From Abditibacterium sp. (GTDB lineage Bacteria; Armatimonadota; Abditibacteriia; Abditibacteriales; Abditibacteriaceae): 64,000 nucleotides of DNA. The stretch covers positions 768,001-832,000 of the forward strand of contig OZ251992.1 of assembly GCA_965246885.1 (NCBI GenBank). Reading direction: 5' to 3'. Below the pieces are notes generated by a model. That model was not told the DNA's origin and did not search any database. It saw only the letters and a list, made by a program, of their open reading frames with translations. Shown piece by piece: positions 49,634 through 59,377 of this stretch. Position 1 is the stretch's first letter. Every line of letters begins with the position of its first letter. Position numbers and translations under genes: made by a program.

Positions 49634-50686
49634 TTATTGGCCATACATTGCCATGTCGCGCGCTTCTGGTTTGAGACGAACGTTAATGTCAAGTGGCCAA
49701 GCGTTCTCACGCGAAAGCCGCAAGTGGAGCGAGATGGGCGTCTTTACAGTTTTCCAACCGCCACGCGGTGCTTCCGTCCAGACCACGTTGAACACATCGT
49801 CACCAATAGGCAATTTGGCCCCAAGTGACGAACGGTTTCGCATTCCGAAACCGGCGGGCCAGATTTCTGAGCCTGTGCCGTTGTTATCGAAGAGACGGAT
49901 TCTTCGCCCATTCGCATCGAGTAACCCGAACTCTAACAGTGAAAGGTTCAATTGCTCGTTCATGCCGCTCATCTGTTGCTTGCGAACGCGCACCAGAATA
50001 TCGTTCCCTCGTGGTGTGGAGGAGAACCAGCGCGCCTCCACAAACTGAAAACCCGCTTGACGTGACACCTGCGGGCGCGGGAACGGTTCGTCAGGACGCT
50101 TGACGACGATGTCGAATGGCGCGTGCGCGGCCACCGACCAGAATCGGTATTTGTATTTGCTATTCTCCGTAGTTTTGAAGTAGCCAGAGGTCGGTGCCCA
50201 GCTGGAAGGGGCTTGGAACGAACGGCTAATTTTGAAGTAACCGCGTGCGCGCACTTCCTGTGCGTCGTGCGGCACCGACGACAAACGAAAGCGCACAGTA
50301 ACGCCCGAATCCGCAATGAGAAAGGAGTAGGGGAGTTCGTCTTTGGCCGCGCGAGCCTCTTTCCACTGCTGCGCCGCGCGAGGACGGTATTCTAAGTGAA
50401 AGGTTTTCGGCTCAATCCAGTATTGAGGGGTGAACGTGTAAAAAGGGCGTGGCGCCTCGACTTCGCCCCACAACTTGACCTGCGTCTTCACAGCGAACTT
50501 GTAGCCCTGCGCCACATCGCTGGGAGTGACGGCGACTCGCTCCCAAGTTAACGGCGACAGCCGGGGTGGCCCTTTAGTCTGCTCAGCGCGCAAACTCGCC
50601 CGATGGTTGAACCACCACGCCCCGCCGCCCAGCAGGACGACGGGGGCGGTCATCCACCACAACTCGCGGCCAAGGCGCTTTTTCAT
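49634..50686 (-). CDS. Membrane-anchored hypothetical protein
   Basis: N-terminal TM (WWMTAPVVLLGGGAWWF); TACACT 6 nt before the ATG. Confidence 0.7.
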   Translation of the reverse strand: MKKRLGRELWWMTAPVVLLGGGAWWFNHRASLRAEQTKGPPRLSPLTWERVAVTPSDVAQGYKFAVKTQVKLWGEVEAPRPFYTFTPQYWIEPKTFHLEYRPRAAQQWKEARAAKDELPYSFLIADSGVTVRFRLSSVPHDAQEVRARGYFKISRSFQAPSSWAPTSGYFKTTENSKYKYRFWSVAAHAPFDIVVKRPDEPFPRPQVSRQAGFQFVEARWFSSTPRGNDILVRVRKQQMSGMNEQLNLSLLEFGLLDANGRRIRLFDNNGTGSEIWPAGFGMRNRSSLGAKLPIGDDVFNVVWTEAPRGGWKTVKTPISLHLRLSRENAWPLDINVRLKPEARDMAMYGQ

Positions 50687-50704
50687 GGGGTGAGTGTACG
50701 GGGG

Positions 50705-51235
50705 TCAGCTTTCTTCGTTGGGTTGAAAGAGGCGGTTGGCTTTGAGTGTCCAGCTGAGGACGGCGGGTTCGGCATTGGCGGTTTCGCCGCGCTTGAAGAG
50801 GATGGGGGTAGTGGGGTTTTGGGCGGTGTAGGAGCGCACGACTTCGGGGCTGAGCAGGTCAACGTCCCACACGACGAGGGTGCCCGCCGCGAAGTAGTCG
50901 GCGCGCTTTTGGGCCATCTCCTCCTCCATTGCGGCGCCGTAGTCGCCTTCGGAGCGCACTTCGACGGCGAAGACGGGCGCTTCGGGAAAGAACTTCATGC
51001 CCGCGCGCGGCCCGGTGTGATAGGCCGCATCGGGCGAGAACGACTTGCGGTGGGGCAAATCGCAGCGAAAGCCTTTGTTGTCGCCAACGGCTTGGCCCCG
51101 GCGCACCTGTTCTATATACAATCGCAGCGAGAAAGTGATCTCGTCGCCCGCGTATCCGGGTTCATCTCCTGTTGCTATATATTCAACAATCTCCCCATTA
51201 ACAATCTCATCTTGTTCCGTGTCTAAAGCGACCAT
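50705..51235 (-). CDS. Uma2 family (DUF820) PD-(D/E)xK endonuclease-like protein
   Basis: EIVNGEIV, SFSPDAA, APVFAVEVRS, KRADYFAAGTLVVWDVD; SD ggagg. Confidence 0.88.
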   Translation of the reverse strand: MVALDTEQDEIVNGEIVEYIATGDEPGYAGDEITFSLRLYIEQVRRGQAVGDNKGFRCDLPHRKSFSPDAAYHTGPRAGMKFFPEAPVFAVEVRSEGDYGAAMEEEMAQKRADYFAAGTLVVWDVDLLSPEVVRSYTAQNPTTPILFKRGETANAEPAVLSWTLKANRLFQPNEES

Positions 51236-51247
51236 AAAAGCACCTCC

Positions 51248-51278
51248 AAAAAAGGCGCGACCCACTGGGCCGCGCCTT
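51248..51278 (-). terminator. Rho-independent terminator after pdxS
   Basis: Minus strand aaggcgcggcccagtgggtcgcgcc followed by T6. Confidence 0.75.
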
Positions 51279-51298
51279 GAGTTTATCCCTGCTCCCGC

Positions 51299-52213
51299 TC
51301 ACCAACCGCGCGAACTCATCAGTTGCGAGTCGTCTAATTTGCGCGCTTCGAGGGAGTCCATCGCTTCGCCTAAGCCGGTCGAGATTTCGGCTAACTTCGC
51401 GGGGTCGTTGTAAAAGTTGACGGCGTCCACGATGGCGCGCCCACGCGCTTCGGGGTCGCCGCTTTTGAAGATGCCAGACCCGACGAAGACGGTTTCGGCG
51501 CCAAGCATCATCATCAAGGCGGCATCGGCGGGGGTAGCGACGCCGCCCGCGCTGAAGTTGGGGACGGGCAACTTGCCATGTTCGGCGACCCACACCACGA
51601 GTTCATAGGGCGCGCCCAGATTCTTGGCGGCGGTCATCAGTTCCTCCTTAGGGAGCGACGCGAGGCGGCGGATTTCGCCGTGAACCACGCGCAAGTGCCG
51701 CACGGCTTCGACAACGTCGCCCGTCCCCGGCTCGCCTTTGGTGCGAATCAGGGCGGCGCCTTCGCCGATGCGACGGAGAGCCTCGCCTAAATCTTTGCAA
51801 CCGCACACGAACGGCACTTTGAAGTCGTGCTTGAGAATGTGGAACTGCTCGTCGGCGGGCGTGAGGACTTCGGACTCGTCTATGAAGTCCACGCCGAGGG
51901 CTTCGAGAATGCGCGCTTCGGCGATGTGGCCGATGCGACATTTGGCCATCACGGGGACAGTCACGGCGGCTTGGATTTCGCGGATCATTTGCGGGTCGCT
52001 CATGCGCGCGACGCCGCCGTGCTTGCGAATATCGGACGGCACGCGCTCCAACGCCATCACCGCGCACGCGCCCGCGCGCTCGGCGATGCGCGCCTGTTCG
52101 ACGTTGGCAACATCCATAATGACGCCGCCCTTGAGCATTTCGGCCAGTCCGACCTTAGTGGCAAACGTGGCGACTTGCGCGGCGCCGTTCAAATGTGTTC
52201 CGTTGGTTTCCAT
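51299..52213 (-). CDS. pdxS: Pyridoxal 5'-phosphate synthase lyase subunit
   Basis: [56 protein letters not shown]. Confidence 0.98.
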   Translation of the reverse strand: METNGTHLNGAAQVATFATKVGLAEMLKGGVIMDVANVEQARIAERAGACAVMALERVPSDIRKHGGVARMSDPQMIREIQAAVTVPVMAKCRIGHIAEARILEALGVDFIDESEVLTPADEQFHILKHDFKVPFVCGCKDLGEALRRIGEGAALIRTKGEPGTGDVVEAVRHLRVVHGEIRRLASLPKEELMTAAKNLGAPYELVVWVAEHGKLPVPNFSAGGVATPADAALMMMLGAETVFVGSGIFKSGDPEARGRAIVDAVNFYNDPAKLAEISTGLGEAMDSLEARKLDDSQLMSSRGW

Positions 52214-52285
52214 GATGCTATCAAGAGGCATGACGCCCGCGCAGGTTCGCCGTGCCTTTGTGGGGGAGTTATTGCGCGGCGCCAT

Positions 52286-52867
52286 TTAAGGGAAGGCGTC
52301 GAGAAGTACGGCCCCGTCCCGCTCCAGCGCAGGCCACGACTTCGTGTGGAAGCGGAAACAGCATCGGTTACCCACCGAGGGAGGCGCCCAACTGTGGGCG
52401 ATATGAGCTTCGTGAACACAAGTCCCCAACCACTTGCGCTCGTTCTCGTTCAACTGCGCGGCGTCAAGTTCAATCCACTCCAGCTTTTGCCATTCGATGC
52501 TGCGCTCCGGCCAGACAATGCCTTCTGAGTCGAAGTCAAAGCCCGCTTGCCACGAGGTCACAAAGCCAGAATCCAGTTCCTTGGCTCGGAAAGCGACCGG
52601 CCAGCCCAGCAGTTGCGCGGCAACGGCTTCCCTGTTTTCGGCGCGCGTCGAAGCAATCGTGTCGCTTGTAGCCAATGGCTCCCGCACTTCGCGCTCGTAT
52701 TGCTCCCGTCGCTGCTGCTCGTGCGCTGCCCACTGCTCGGCGGGCAGAGGCTCCATGTTGCTCAGGAGTTCGAGGAAATTAGCCATGATGAGCGCCTCCT
52801 CTTCGTCTTCCTCATATGGCGTTTGCCACTCTTCCTTCGTTTGCGCGCGGCGCTGTTCGAGATTCAT
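52286..52867 (-). CDS. Hypothetical protein
   Basis: 193-aa ORF filling the gap between the SDR gene and pdxS on the same strand. Confidence 0.55.
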   Translation of the reverse strand: MNLEQRRAQTKEEWQTPYEEDEEEALIMANFLELLSNMEPLPAEQWAAHEQQRREQYEREVREPLATSDTIASTRAENREAVAAQLLGWPVAFRAKELDSGFVTSWQAGFDFDSEGIVWPERSIEWQKLEWIELDAAQLNENERKWLGTCVHEAHIAHSWAPPSVGNRCCFRFHTKSWPALERDGAVLLDAFP

Positions 52868-52882
52868 TGGCGCGAAGTTTCC

Positions 52883-53635
52883 TTACAAATGAATCCCACC
52901 TGCGACTTCGATGCGTTGGCCGTTGATCCATCGGGTGTCGTCGGAAAGGAGCGAGGCGATGACGCCGCCGATGTCTTCGGGCTGTCCGACGCGGCCCAAG
53001 GCGGTTTGGGCGGCGATTTGCGCGCTGAGTTGTTCGTTGTCGCGCACATGACCGCCGCCGAAATCGGTCTTGATGGCGCCGGGAGCAACGACGTTGACGG
53101 CGATGCCACGCGCGCCCAATTCTTTTGCCATGTAGCGGCTGAGAACTTCGACGCCGCCTTTCATCGAAGCGTAGGCGCTGGAGCCGGGATAAGAGAAGCG
53201 CGCCAAGCCAGACGAGATGTTGATGATACGCCCGCCATCCGCCATCAACGGCAGCAGCTTTTGCGTCAGGAAAAAGGTGGACTTGAGGTGGACGTTCACC
53301 ATCTGGTCGAACTGCGCTTCAGTTGTTTCCATGAACGGCGCATACAAACCGACGCCCGCGTTGTTGACGAGGAAATCGAAGCTCTCGCGCCCGAACGTCG
53401 TATGGAGCGCTTCTTTGACGCGGCCCGCGAAGGCGTCGAAAGTTTTGGAGTCGGACACATCCAGTTGCAGCGCAACCGCTTTGCGCCCGACGGCTTCGAT
53501 TTGTGCGACGACTGCGCGCGCTTCGTCCTCTTTGGAGTGGTAGGTCAACACCACGTCGCGCCCCGCCCGCGCCAAATGCAGCGCCATCTCTTTGCCCAAG
53601 CCCCGGCTCCCGCCCGTAATCAGTGCGATTTTCAT
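52883..53635 (-). CDS. Short-chain dehydrogenase/reductase
   Basis: TGGSRGLG, NNAG, YASMK, VAPGAIKTD. Confidence 0.95.
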   Translation of the reverse strand: MKIALITGGSRGLGKEMALHLARAGRDVVLTYHSKEDEARAVVAQIEAVGRKAVALQLDVSDSKTFDAFAGRVKEALHTTFGRESFDFLVNNAGVGLYAPFMETTEAQFDQMVNVHLKSTFFLTQKLLPLMADGGRIINISSGLARFSYPGSSAYASMKGGVEVLSRYMAKELGARGIAVNVVAPGAIKTDFGGGHVRDNEQLSAQIAAQTALGRVGQPEDIGGVIASLLSDDTRWINGQRIEVAGGIHL

Positions 53636-53695
53636 ATTCGGTACGGTTGCGTGCGTGCTTCGTGCCATCCGGAGAAGAATCGCGGTGTCACGGGC

Positions 53696-54418
53696 TTAAG
53701 GCGATGGAACTTCGGGGCCGGTAACGCCTGCGCGGTAGCCTTTGCCATTCCATGTGTGCGGCGTGAAGCGCGACGTGTTTTGGTTGCTGTCGTAAGATTG
53801 ATGCATCAAAAAGAAGCGTCCATCCGTTCCCCGCGCCGGTAGATAACGCTCGCCGCCGCCGGGTTCGCTCATGGTGGTGCAATCGTCCGAGAACGCTTGA
53901 CCGCGTAGGCCACTCGGCAAGGTTACCACGATCATCGGCTCGGAAGAAGACGAAAACGAGGCGTTTTCAGACGACCACTCTACAACCAATACGCTCCCGC
54001 GATGGGCGCGCGTGTCAAAGGGCGTTGTGCGAACACTCATCCCCATTACGCCTTGACTTTGAACGTCGCCCAGCACCGCGCGGTTGACGCGGCGGGGGGT
54101 CTTCGAACGCGAGCGTTTGCCTGCGCGCGATGCGAAGCGCGGCGCCGCTATCGGTGCAAAGATGTCTAGCGTAGTGCGAGGATTGTCGCCAATTTGCCAG
54201 CCGTGTAGTAATACCACGACCCCTTCGAGTTGCACGCGTTGGCAGAACAGGGTCTTCGCGCCGCGTGGTAGTCCAGCCCGAACAACGGCAGGCGCCGCCA
54301 CAATTCGAGCAGCTTGCAGTGTCGGTTTCGAGAAAACCGGCGCAGTTTGGGCGCCTGCTTGCGCCCAAAGGCCGCAAGTCAGGGCAAAGGCGAGAATGAT
54401 AGGATGAGAGCGTTTCAT
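53696..54418 (-). CDS. Secreted hypothetical protein, paralog family member 3 (related to 775-1461 and 1590-2267)
   Basis: Signal peptide; RAGLP, LHGW, LDIF, YLPARG..G, WNG motifs. Confidence 0.7.
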   Translation of the reverse strand: MKRSHPIILAFALTCGLWAQAGAQTAPVFSKPTLQAARIVAAPAVVRAGLPRGAKTLFCQRVQLEGVVVLLHGWQIGDNPRTTLDIFAPIAAPRFASRAGKRSRSKTPRRVNRAVLGDVQSQGVMGMSVRTTPFDTRAHRGSVLVVEWSSENASFSSSSEPMIVVTLPSGLRGQAFSDDCTTMSEPGGGERYLPARGTDGRFFLMHQSYDSNQNTSRFTPHTWNGKGYRAGVTGPEVPSP

Positions 54419-54444
54419 GTGAGAAAAATCGGCAGCGCGGCGCT

Positions 54445-55326
54445 TCACGGAAAAAGCTGGTCGCAGCGTTCGCGCGCAAAAGTTTGAAGGCCCTCGTCCA
54501 ACGCACGGAGCGGAAGCGGCAACAGCGCGGTGGGAAACGGGGCGGCGCTTCGCCATGCCCCCACCAGTTGAAGATGCAACTCCATGAAATGCTGCGTGTC
54601 GCAATCTACGGCGAGCGCGAAGAACAAATGCGCGTAGTCGTCGGGCTGCTCCCAGAAGTTAAGTAGCCAGTAAGCCGCGAGCGCATTGTGCCGCTTTAGC
54701 ACGTCGCGCAATACTCCCAAGGCGGGTTCGGGCGGCAAACCGGCGACGGGACGCATCACCTCGGCCTCGCCACAAGGAACAGGCGCATCCGGGTTCGCGG
54801 GCACGAAGTTGCGCGCCAAAACGCGAAAGGCGAGCGGCGGTAGCGTCATCTCGTCGGGCGAGTTCGGGTTGACGAGTAGCTTTTCGACTCCGAAGTTAGC
54901 GGCCATATCGCACGCGGTTTGGCCAGCCACAAGCGCGACAGAAAGCGTGTCGCCCTCGACGGGTAGCGAACCTTTGAAGGCGACCCGAATATGTTCGGGA
55001 CTGGTGAAGGCGTAAAACGCGGTTTCTTCCCGGAACACCATCGCGTGAACGCGGCGACCTTCGGCGGTTTCGAGGTCAGCATCGAAGACCGGCACCCATA
55101 GCTTCGCGCTTAAGAGCGCCCGCCACATTGCGCCGTGATCGCTTTGCGCCGCGCGCCGCAGGGTTTGTATCGCGGCTTCAAGTTCGGCGTTTTGTGGCAG
55201 TTGATCGTGGGTGCGACTGCTGCCCAAAAGCATCAAGCGCGGCGTGCCTTCGATAAGCGTCGCGGCGGAAACGATGGGATTGTCTCGCGGCGCGGCGTCC
55301 TGTTTCTTGAAGAGGTTCCACATCAT
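54445..55326 (-). CDS. SseB-family-like protein
   Basis: ALLSAKLWVPV, AFTS, LLVNP pattern typical of the SseB N-domain, plus a C-terminal domain. Confidence 0.6.
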   Translation of the reverse strand: MMWNLFKKQDAAPRDNPIVSAATLIEGTPRLMLLGSSRTHDQLPQNAELEAAIQTLRRAAQSDHGAMWRALLSAKLWVPVFDADLETAEGRRVHAMVFREETAFYAFTSPEHIRVAFKGSLPVEGDTLSVALVAGQTACDMAANFGVEKLLVNPNSPDEMTLPPLAFRVLARNFVPANPDAPVPCGEAEVMRPVAGLPPEPALGVLRDVLKRHNALAAYWLLNFWEQPDDYAHLFFALAVDCDTQHFMELHLQLVGAWRSAAPFPTALLPLPLRALDEGLQTFARERCDQLFP

Positions 55327-55473
55327 ATCGCTCTGTTTGTTTTTGACGACGCGCGACCTTCGCCACTCGCCTATCCTTACACTGACAAGTGCTTTTGGCT
55401 CGCGCGCGGGCTTGCTTTGTACCGCGCTTTACCCGATGCCAGTTCCGGCATCGGTGCGCGACGTGATGCTGAA

Positions 55474-56382
55474 CTAACTGGGAAAGCCCGAATCGCCCGG
55501 CGTGATGTCAGGGTTGAGGAACTCTTTGATGGTCTCCGAAACGGACACGTTTTGCGGCACGCAGTAGTTCGCGGGCACATCGAACTCAGCGCTACGCCTT
55601 AAAAGGTAGCCCCATTTAGATGGGGAGTACAGCTCTGCGGTATAACGGCCCGGCGGCGCGAAGATTTTGAAGTCGCCGTTGCCATCTACGTGGCCGGTAT
55701 ATCCGGATACCCCTCCCTGCACACCGCCGAGAGCCGTCGAGTCGTCGTAAAGCAGCACTTGGCCATCGGTGCGCCTCAGCCACACTTGCCATGTCGTCGG
55801 GTCGAGCGCGGCTTTCAAATCGTTTTCGCTCAGTTGGTTTTTCGCTTTGATGCGCGCCCGCAGTGCGGGCGTGACCTGAGCAGTGTGACCGTAAGCGCCG
55901 CCTGTGGGTTTAGGACGGTTGATTTCGATTGTAACGTTTTGGCGCGTGTAAAATCCTTCGGCAACCGGTTTGAAGTCGCTTATGGCCAGACCTGACGCAG
56001 ATTGCCCGTCCTTGGCGACGATGCCCACCATATACACACCGGGAGCAACCGAAACCTTGAAGTCCCCATGTGCATCGAGCCGCCCTTTGGCGACGAGATG
56101 CATACCGTTTGCGAAGACGCCGATCTCAACTCCTTCCTGACCTGCCGCCCGTTCACTTTGGCTGTCCGGTTCGCCCTGCGTGTGAACGAACAGCGTGCCA
56201 TAAACGCCCTGAGAAACCGCAACCGGTGCGCCGGGCTTGCGGCCCGGTTTGGCGGATTTCGTGGTGGGCGATGGCTGGCGCGGCGCGCTTTGCGCCGCGT
56301 TTTCCAACATGCCGCAACCCGACAGCGCGCTCAGGATCGCAAGCGCGGCCAACCCCCCACGATTGTTTTTGCTTTTCATCAT
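55474..56382 (-). CDS. Lipoprotein with two beta-sandwich (carboxypeptidase-regulatory-like) repeats
   Basis: Lipobox LSGC; repeated D..GDFK....PG.Y. Confidence 0.7.
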   Translation of the reverse strand: MMKSKNNRGGLAALAILSALSGCGMLENAAQSAPRQPSPTTKSAKPGRKPGAPVAVSQGVYGTLFVHTQGEPDSQSERAAGQEGVEIGVFANGMHLVAKGRLDAHGDFKVSVAPGVYMVGIVAKDGQSASGLAISDFKPVAEGFYTRQNVTIEINRPKPTGGAYGHTAQVTPALRARIKAKNQLSENDLKAALDPTTWQVWLRRTDGQVLLYDDSTALGGVQGGVSGYTGHVDGNGDFKIFAPPGRYTAELYSPSKWGYLLRRSAEFDVPANYCVPQNVSVSETIKEFLNPDITPGDSGFPS

Positions 56383-56417
56383 TTGCGGTTGGTCATCCAG
56401 ATTTCGCTGTTGAAGCG

Positions 56418-57275
56418 TTATTTCAACACCAGACCCGCATCGGTAAAGCGCATCCGTTCAGGCGAGATGTTGAACGCTTGTTTCAAGTTGTCGCGCGCGA
56501 GGGAGCGGCCCAGTTTGATCGTCTTCTCGTCGTGGTGCTGCCCGCCCGCGACGACGGTGAACTCTGCCATAACAGGCCAGATTAGCAGAGTCTCATACGT
56601 CAGTTGCTTGTCGTGATCGTTTAGCACCGCAAAGTTCTGATCCCTCAAGAGCAGGCCGCGCACTTGTTCGCGGAGCGCCTTCGTTTGCGCTTCAGTGGGC
56701 GGTGTGGGCGGGCCTTTGCGATGCAAATTAGTAAGCGCCACTTCGCGCGACACCGTCAGGTAATACGACACCGCGCGCGACACATCGTTCATTTGCAGGC
56801 TTTTGTCGGGGTTCTTCGAGAGGTCTCCCTTGGCGGCCTGCAAGCAGAAGTTCAGAAACTTCTCGGCCTCGGCGGGATCGCCCTTGCCCGCGATGGCGCG
56901 GGCGAACAGTTTGGGCGCGAGCGAGGGCGCAACCGGCTTGAACAAAAGCACCGACGCGGGCGCTTTGGGCGCGGGTTTATCCGTCGAAGCGGCGCCTTCG
57001 GGTGCGGCGGTTTGGCCTCGCCCCCTTTGCTGCGAACGCTCCGACCGCGAACGCTCTATCGCTTGATCCACAAGCAAGTCCGTCGTTCGTTGGTCGCCTT
57101 GCCGAACCACGTTGAAATAGTCGTTCCAACGCTGCGTCTGGTTTTCAAAGAGTTGCGATTGGCTCCAGGGATTGTATTCGTAGTTGCCCGTAGAAGGGTT
57201 GAAACTGGTATCGGCGCGCGCCATCGGCGTCAGCGATAGCAAGACAAGTGCGCCCAAAAGAAGTTGACGTTTCAT
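56418..57275 (-). CDS. Secreted helical protein, DUF6683-like (paralog of 57290-58141)
   Basis: Signal peptide; NDVSRAVSYY, LNDHDKQLTYETL, C-terminal PERMRFTDAGLV. Confidence 0.65.
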   Translation of the reverse strand: MKRQLLLGALVLLSLTPMARADTSFNPSTGNYEYNPWSQSQLFENQTQRWNDYFNVVRQGDQRTTDLLVDQAIERSRSERSQQRGRGQTAAPEGAASTDKPAPKAPASVLLFKPVAPSLAPKLFARAIAGKGDPAEAEKFLNFCLQAAKGDLSKNPDKSLQMNDVSRAVSYYLTVSREVALTNLHRKGPPTPPTEAQTKALREQVRGLLLRDQNFAVLNDHDKQLTYETLLIWPVMAEFTVVAGGQHHDEKTIKLGRSLARDNLKQAFNISPERMRFTDAGLVLK

Positions 57276-57289
57276 AGATTTGCTTGCTC

Positions 57290-58141
57290 CTACGAGATGA
57301 CGAGTCCCCCCTCGTCGAAGGCCAAGCGCTTGGGGTCAACGCCGACCATGCCTTTGAGATTGATGTCGGCAAGCCCGCGAAAGCCCGTCTTGACTTGCTC
57401 GCGCTTGGAAGCTTCCAACTTGGGCGCGACGTTCTCGATGCCGTAGTCCACCAAGAAGGTGAGAATAACGAGGGTTTCGTTCATCTCCTGCTTTTGCGCG
57501 TTGCTCAGGGCGCGAAACGACTTATCTTCCGATAGCGCGGTGCGAATCTTGCCGCGCAGGGCGCCGATTTGCGCTTCGCTGGGAAGCGTGCCGGAGCGGT
57601 GGTAGTAGTTGGCCGCGATGCAAAACGCAAGAGTGCGCGCGATGTCGGTCGCGGGCGCGTTCAGTTGCTTCGAGCGGTCTTTATAGCCGTTCACGAAAAT
57701 GGTAAACAGCTTCTCAAAGGCGGCGCGGTTCTCCGGGTGCTTGGTGCCATCGGCAAAGGCGGCGGCCAAACGCGCGGGCATCACAGATTTTCCGGTGTGA
57801 TACATGGTGCCCTGATACTTGGCGAAGCGCACCGCCTCGGAACGCTCGCGCACGGGTATGGCTTTAAGGCGCGCCGCGCGGCGGCTTGAAGCGGAACTGT
57901 GGGAACCGGCGCGACTATGAATGCGCGATTCCGCCATGAGCAATTGGGAGTTCATCAGCGAGTTGCTGTAAATCCGGTTGATGTTCGACTGGTAGATCTG
58001 GGTCATCGTGTTGTTATACGGGTTGACCCAGCCGCTCGAATAATAGTTGTTGCTCATGTCCAACTGGGCCTGAGCGCGTGGCGCGAGGACGCCCACCAAC
58101 AGCGTACCGCTCAAAGCGGCGGCGAAGAGAGACTTGTTCAT
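57290..58141 (-). CDS. Secreted helical protein, DUF6683-like (paralog of 56418-57275)
   Basis: Signal peptide; TDIARTLAF, LSNAQKQEMNETL, C-terminal PKRLAFDEGGLV. Confidence 0.65.
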   Translation of the reverse strand: MNKSLFAAALSGTLLVGVLAPRAQAQLDMSNNYYSSGWVNPYNNTMTQIYQSNINRIYSNSLMNSQLLMAESRIHSRAGSHSSASSRRAARLKAIPVRERSEAVRFAKYQGTMYHTGKSVMPARLAAAFADGTKHPENRAAFEKLFTIFVNGYKDRSKQLNAPATDIARTLAFCIAANYYHRSGTLPSEAQIGALRGKIRTALSEDKSFRALSNAQKQEMNETLVILTFLVDYGIENVAPKLEASKREQVKTGFRGLADINLKGMVGVDPKRLAFDEGGLVIS

Positions 58142-58154
58142 GGTAAAAGTCTGG

Positions 58155-58712
58155 TCAGACGTTGCGCACTGCTCCATCGAGAAGACACATCCACACCAAC
58201 TGGTCGGCGACGCCCTTGGTGTTCACGTTTTTGTGGGCGAAGCGAAACGCATCTTGCATGGCGCGCAGGCTCGCTTCCGTTTGGCGCCCAAATACGCCGT
58301 CGAGTGCCACAGAAGGCGGGGCCGGTTCGTAACTGGTATTGTTGAGGAGGGTTTGCAGGGCGCGCACTGCATCGCCGCTCGCGCCGCGCCGCAATGTTGG
58401 GCAGAGCGCCGCCCACGTTTTTGGCCCGACCACGCCGTCGGCGCTCAAGCCGTGCGCGCGCTGGAACTTCTTCACGGCGGCTTCGGTTTGCTGTCCAAAC
58501 GTGCCGTCCACGTCGCAACGATAGCCGCGCGCCCGCAACAGATATTGCAGCGCGCGAATGGTGTTGTCAAAGGCTTCGGTATCCGAATGTCTCGAAAGGC
58601 GCGGCCACTGCGTGTCCCTTTGCGCGCGTGCGCAAGGCGTGAAGTGAGGCGCAAGCACACTCGGCGCCAGAAGAGACGCGCCCACAAGAAATAGAAGGTG
58701 TCGTTTCATCAT
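58155..58712 (-). CDS. Secreted protein made of two peptidoglycan-binding (PGBD) domains
   Basis: ALQYLL..GY...VDGTFGQQTEAAVKKFQ...GL.ADGVVGPKTW; second LRRGASGDAVRALQ...DGVFG. Confidence 0.88.
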   Translation of the reverse strand: MMKRHLLFLVGASLLAPSVLAPHFTPCARAQRDTQWPRLSRHSDTEAFDNTIRALQYLLRARGYRCDVDGTFGQQTEAAVKKFQRAHGLSADGVVGPKTWAALCPTLRRGASGDAVRALQTLLNNTSYEPAPPSVALDGVFGRQTEASLRAMQDAFRFAHKNVNTKGVADQLVWMCLLDGAVRNV

Positions 58713-58768
58713 GTCCCTTTCAAACGGTTCGCCTTTATAGCTGCAAACCGAAAGCCAATCCCGTCATA

Positions 58769-59365
58769 TTATAATTCCCGGCGCCCCCGGAGCGCCCCGG
58801 CAATGGTCACTTGGTCGGCGTAATCCAAGTCGCCGCCAAAAGGGAGGCCGCGCGCGAGTTGGGTCACTTTGACGCCGTGCGGGTCGAGGGCGCGGGCGAC
58901 GAGGCTGCCCGTCGTTTCGCCTTCGACAGTCGGGGACAAGGCGAGGATAACCTCACTGATGGATTCTTTGGGAAGGCGGACAACCAATTCGCTGATGTGG
59001 AGCTTTTCTGGCCCGATGCCTTCAAGTGGGTTGAACAGGCCGCCCAAGACGTGATACCTGCCGAAGAACTCGTTGGAGTTTTCGATGGCCAAGACATCGC
59101 GCGCTTCGGCAACGACGCACAAGAGGCCGTTTTCGCGCTTGGGGCTGGCGCAGATGTCGCAGATCTCCACGTCGGTGAAGTTGCCGCAGTTGTCGCACGG
59201 GCGGATTTTGGCCTTCACGTCGCGGATGGCGCCCGCCAAGTCTTCGTTCTGCTGTTTGTCACGGCGCAGGAGCGCAAACGCAAGGCGCTGCGCCGACTTT
59301 GGCCCGACGCCGGGGAGCTTTTCGAGTTCGTAGAGCAGGGCTTCGAGGGGGCGGGGATAAAGCAT
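58769..59365 (-). CDS. recR: Recombination mediator RecR
   Basis: LPGVGPKSAQRLAF, C4 zinc finger, YHVLGG, TOPRIM, EGETT, GGDLDYAD. Confidence 0.98.
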   Translation of the reverse strand: MLYPRPLEALLYELEKLPGVGPKSAQRLAFALLRRDKQQNEDLAGAIRDVKAKIRPCDNCGNFTDVEICDICASPKRENGLLCVVAEARDVLAIENSNEFFGRYHVLGGLFNPLEGIGPEKLHISELVVRLPKESISEVILALSPTVEGETTGSLVARALDPHGVKVTQLARGLPFGGDLDYADQVTIAGALRGRREL

Positions 59366-59377
59366 TTCGGGTCGCCA

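Noticed and set aside
58713..58768. c-di-GMP riboswitch (gcaaacc...gaaa)
   Set aside because: The partial resemblance is on the wrong strand for the downstream gene and lacks the second stem.
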